From Acholeplasmataceae bacterium (lineage in GTDB: Bacteria > Bacillota_I > Bacilli_A > Acholeplasmatales > Acholeplasmataceae): a stretch of DNA of 64,000 nucleotides. The position numbers were made by a program, and so were the translations under genes. Of this stretch, positions 62,496-64,000 are shown piece by piece. A model generated the notes under the pieces. That model made no database searches and was not told where the DNA came from. It was given only the letters and a program-made list of their open reading frames with translations. Location: the NCBI GenBank assembly GCA_963667565.1, contig OY763415.1, forward strand, positions 542,019 to 606,018, written 5' to 3'. The number at the start of each line of letters is the position of its first letter. Positions within the stretch are counted from its first letter, which is position 1.

Positions 62496-63842
62496 TTATA
62501 TAATTGGTAAGTATTTATCTAATTCAAATTGTGTGACTTTAGATCTATATTCGCCCCATTCTCTTTCTTTGGCTTCAATGAGTTTACGATAAAGTTCATA
62601 ACCAATCGCTTCTTTCATCAATTTTGATGAACTAAAATAATCAAGTGCTTCTTTTAATGATCCTGGAAGACTTACAATTCCATGTTTTTTTCTTTCACTG
62701 TCGGTCATTTTGAATAAGTTTTTCTTGATAGATGGAACAGCTACAAGTTCATCCTTAATACCATCTAGACCAGAAGCTAGAATTGCGCTAATGGCTAAAT
62801 AAGGGTTTGCTGATGGATCAACTGATCTAATTTCTATTCTTGTAGCGTTTCCTCTTGCTGCAGGGATTCTAATCATTGCAGATCGATTTGAATCACTCCA
62901 AGAAATGTATGAAGGTGCTTCATATCCTGGTATTAATCGTTTAAATGAATTTACTGTAGGATTAGTTGCTAAACAAAATTCTCTTGCGTGCTTCATCACA
63001 CCAGCAATAAACTCGTGTGCAATTTTAGATAATAAGTTTTCTGATCTTTCATCATAAAATAAGTTTTTGCCTTCTTTATCCGAGATTGAACAATTGGTGT
63101 GCATACCAGAACCATTAATGCCTTCTACAGGTTTTGGCATAAATGTTGCATGATATCCATGTCGTTTTGCGACATTTTTAACCAAAATTTTAAATGTTTG
63201 AATATTATCACAAGCTTCTAATGCATTATCAAATTTAAAATTGATTTCATGTTGTCCATATGCAACTTCATGATGAGAAACTTCCATTTCAAATCCCATT
63301 TTCTCAAGTTCAAGTACAATATCTCTTCTGACATCTTCAGATCCATCCATGGGTGATAAATCAAAGTAGCCACCTTTATCTGAAAACTCCATGGTTGGTT
63401 TTCCTGATTGATCGAGTTTAAATAAAAAGAATTCAGGCTCAACGCCAACATTAAATTTGTCAAATCCTAAACCTAATGCTTTCATTTCATTTAAGTTTCT
63501 TTTCAAAATATATCTAGGATCTCCTTCAAAAGGTATATGATCACTTGTATATATATCACATATGAGTCTAGCGACTTTACCATTTGGAATTTCTTCCCAT
63601 TCTAATATAAGCCAAGTTGATAAATCAGGATACAAATACATGTCGGCTTCATCAATTCTGACGAAACCTTCAATGGATGATCCATCAAACATTACTTCAT
63701 TAGCTAATGCTTTTTCTAAATTAGTTACTGGTATTTCAACATTTTTAACGATGCCTAGCATATCAGTAAATTGTAATCTGATATATTTAACATGGTTTTC
63801 TTTTGCTGAAGCAATAACATCCATTCTTGTGTAATTTTTCAT
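62496..63842 (-). CDS. glnA: Glutamine synthetase type I
   Basis: [36 protein letters not shown]. Confidence 0.97.
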   Translation of the reverse strand: MKNYTRMDVIASAKENHVKYIRLQFTDMLGIVKNVEIPVTNLEKALANEVMFDGSSIEGFVRIDEADMYLYPDLSTWLILEWEEIPNGKVARLICDIYTSDHIPFEGDPRYILKRNLNEMKALGLGFDKFNVGVEPEFFLFKLDQSGKPTMEFSDKGGYFDLSPMDGSEDVRRDIVLELEKMGFEMEVSHHEVAYGQHEINFKFDNALEACDNIQTFKILVKNVAKRHGYHATFMPKPVEGINGSGMHTNCSISDKEGKNLFYDERSENLLSKIAHEFIAGVMKHAREFCLATNPTVNSFKRLIPGYEAPSYISWSDSNRSAMIRIPAARGNATRIEIRSVDPSANPYLAISAILASGLDGIKDELVAVPSIKKNLFKMTDSERKKHGIVSLPGSLKEALDYFSSSKLMKEAIGYELYRKLIEAKEREWGEYRSKVTQFELDKYLPII

Positions 63843-64000
63843 ATAAATCCCCTTTTTTAATAGATATTTTACATAATTGATAGCACATAAGTCAATGTTT
63901 CTGTAAATTATATATAAAATTTTACATTAATAATAAAAAAAGAACAGTTATTGTTCTTTTTTGTATATGCTTATTTTCTTAATGCCATATGTTTTTTCTT

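Noticed and set aside
63902-63926. TGTAAA-N13-TTTACA palindrome upstream of glnA as a GlnR/TnrA box
   Set aside because: Spacing does not fit TGTNA-N7-TNACA, no glnR is adjacent, and the region is very AT-rich.
1-64000. CRISPR array, tRNA or rRNA genes
   Set aside because: I saw no regularly spaced repeats, cloverleaf signatures or rRNA-like sequence by eye.
1-64000. Genetic code 4 (TGA=Trp)
   Set aside because: Conserved genes end at TGA at their expected lengths (relA, dtd, msrA) and long ORFs are intact under code 11.

Overview
Low-GC bacterial chromosome segment. The gene set and order (apt-relA-dtd, T-box hisS-aspS, rnhC/mutS2/trxA, truB-ribF-rpsO-pnp, lepA-hemW, plsY/parE/parC, yneF, glnA) and the use of TGA as stop (code 11, e.g. 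the relA/dtd ATGA overlap) suggest a reduced Bacillota-derived genome, most likely Acholeplasmatales (inference, no database search run). The window appears to span the replication terminus. Genes are mostly + strand up to about 32.2 kb and mostly - strand after it, and a 28-bp dif-like site lies at 34045-34072, 3 kb from an xerD-like gene. Beyond dif and a decayed ISL3-like relic is a 17-kb cluster (35036-52236): two PhaZ-like hydrolases, a third hydrolase, a CoA-transferase, a Liv-type ABC importer, an atypical KAS III-fold enzyme, an NAD-type PhaB-like reductase, thiolase, MaoC/PhaJ hydratase, Bcd-EtfAB and a TetR regulator with two matching candidate operators. Together these read as a system for scavenging and fermenting poly-/oligo-(R)-3-hydroxybutyrate, the most interesting item here. 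Also present: RNase P RNA, a very compact Asp T-box, a frameshifted EF-Ts paralog, a degenerate Fic-like gene downstream of parE-parC, a leader ORF/attenuator before tandem CorC genes, a lipoprotein remnant and an orphan tyrosine integrase at the left edge.
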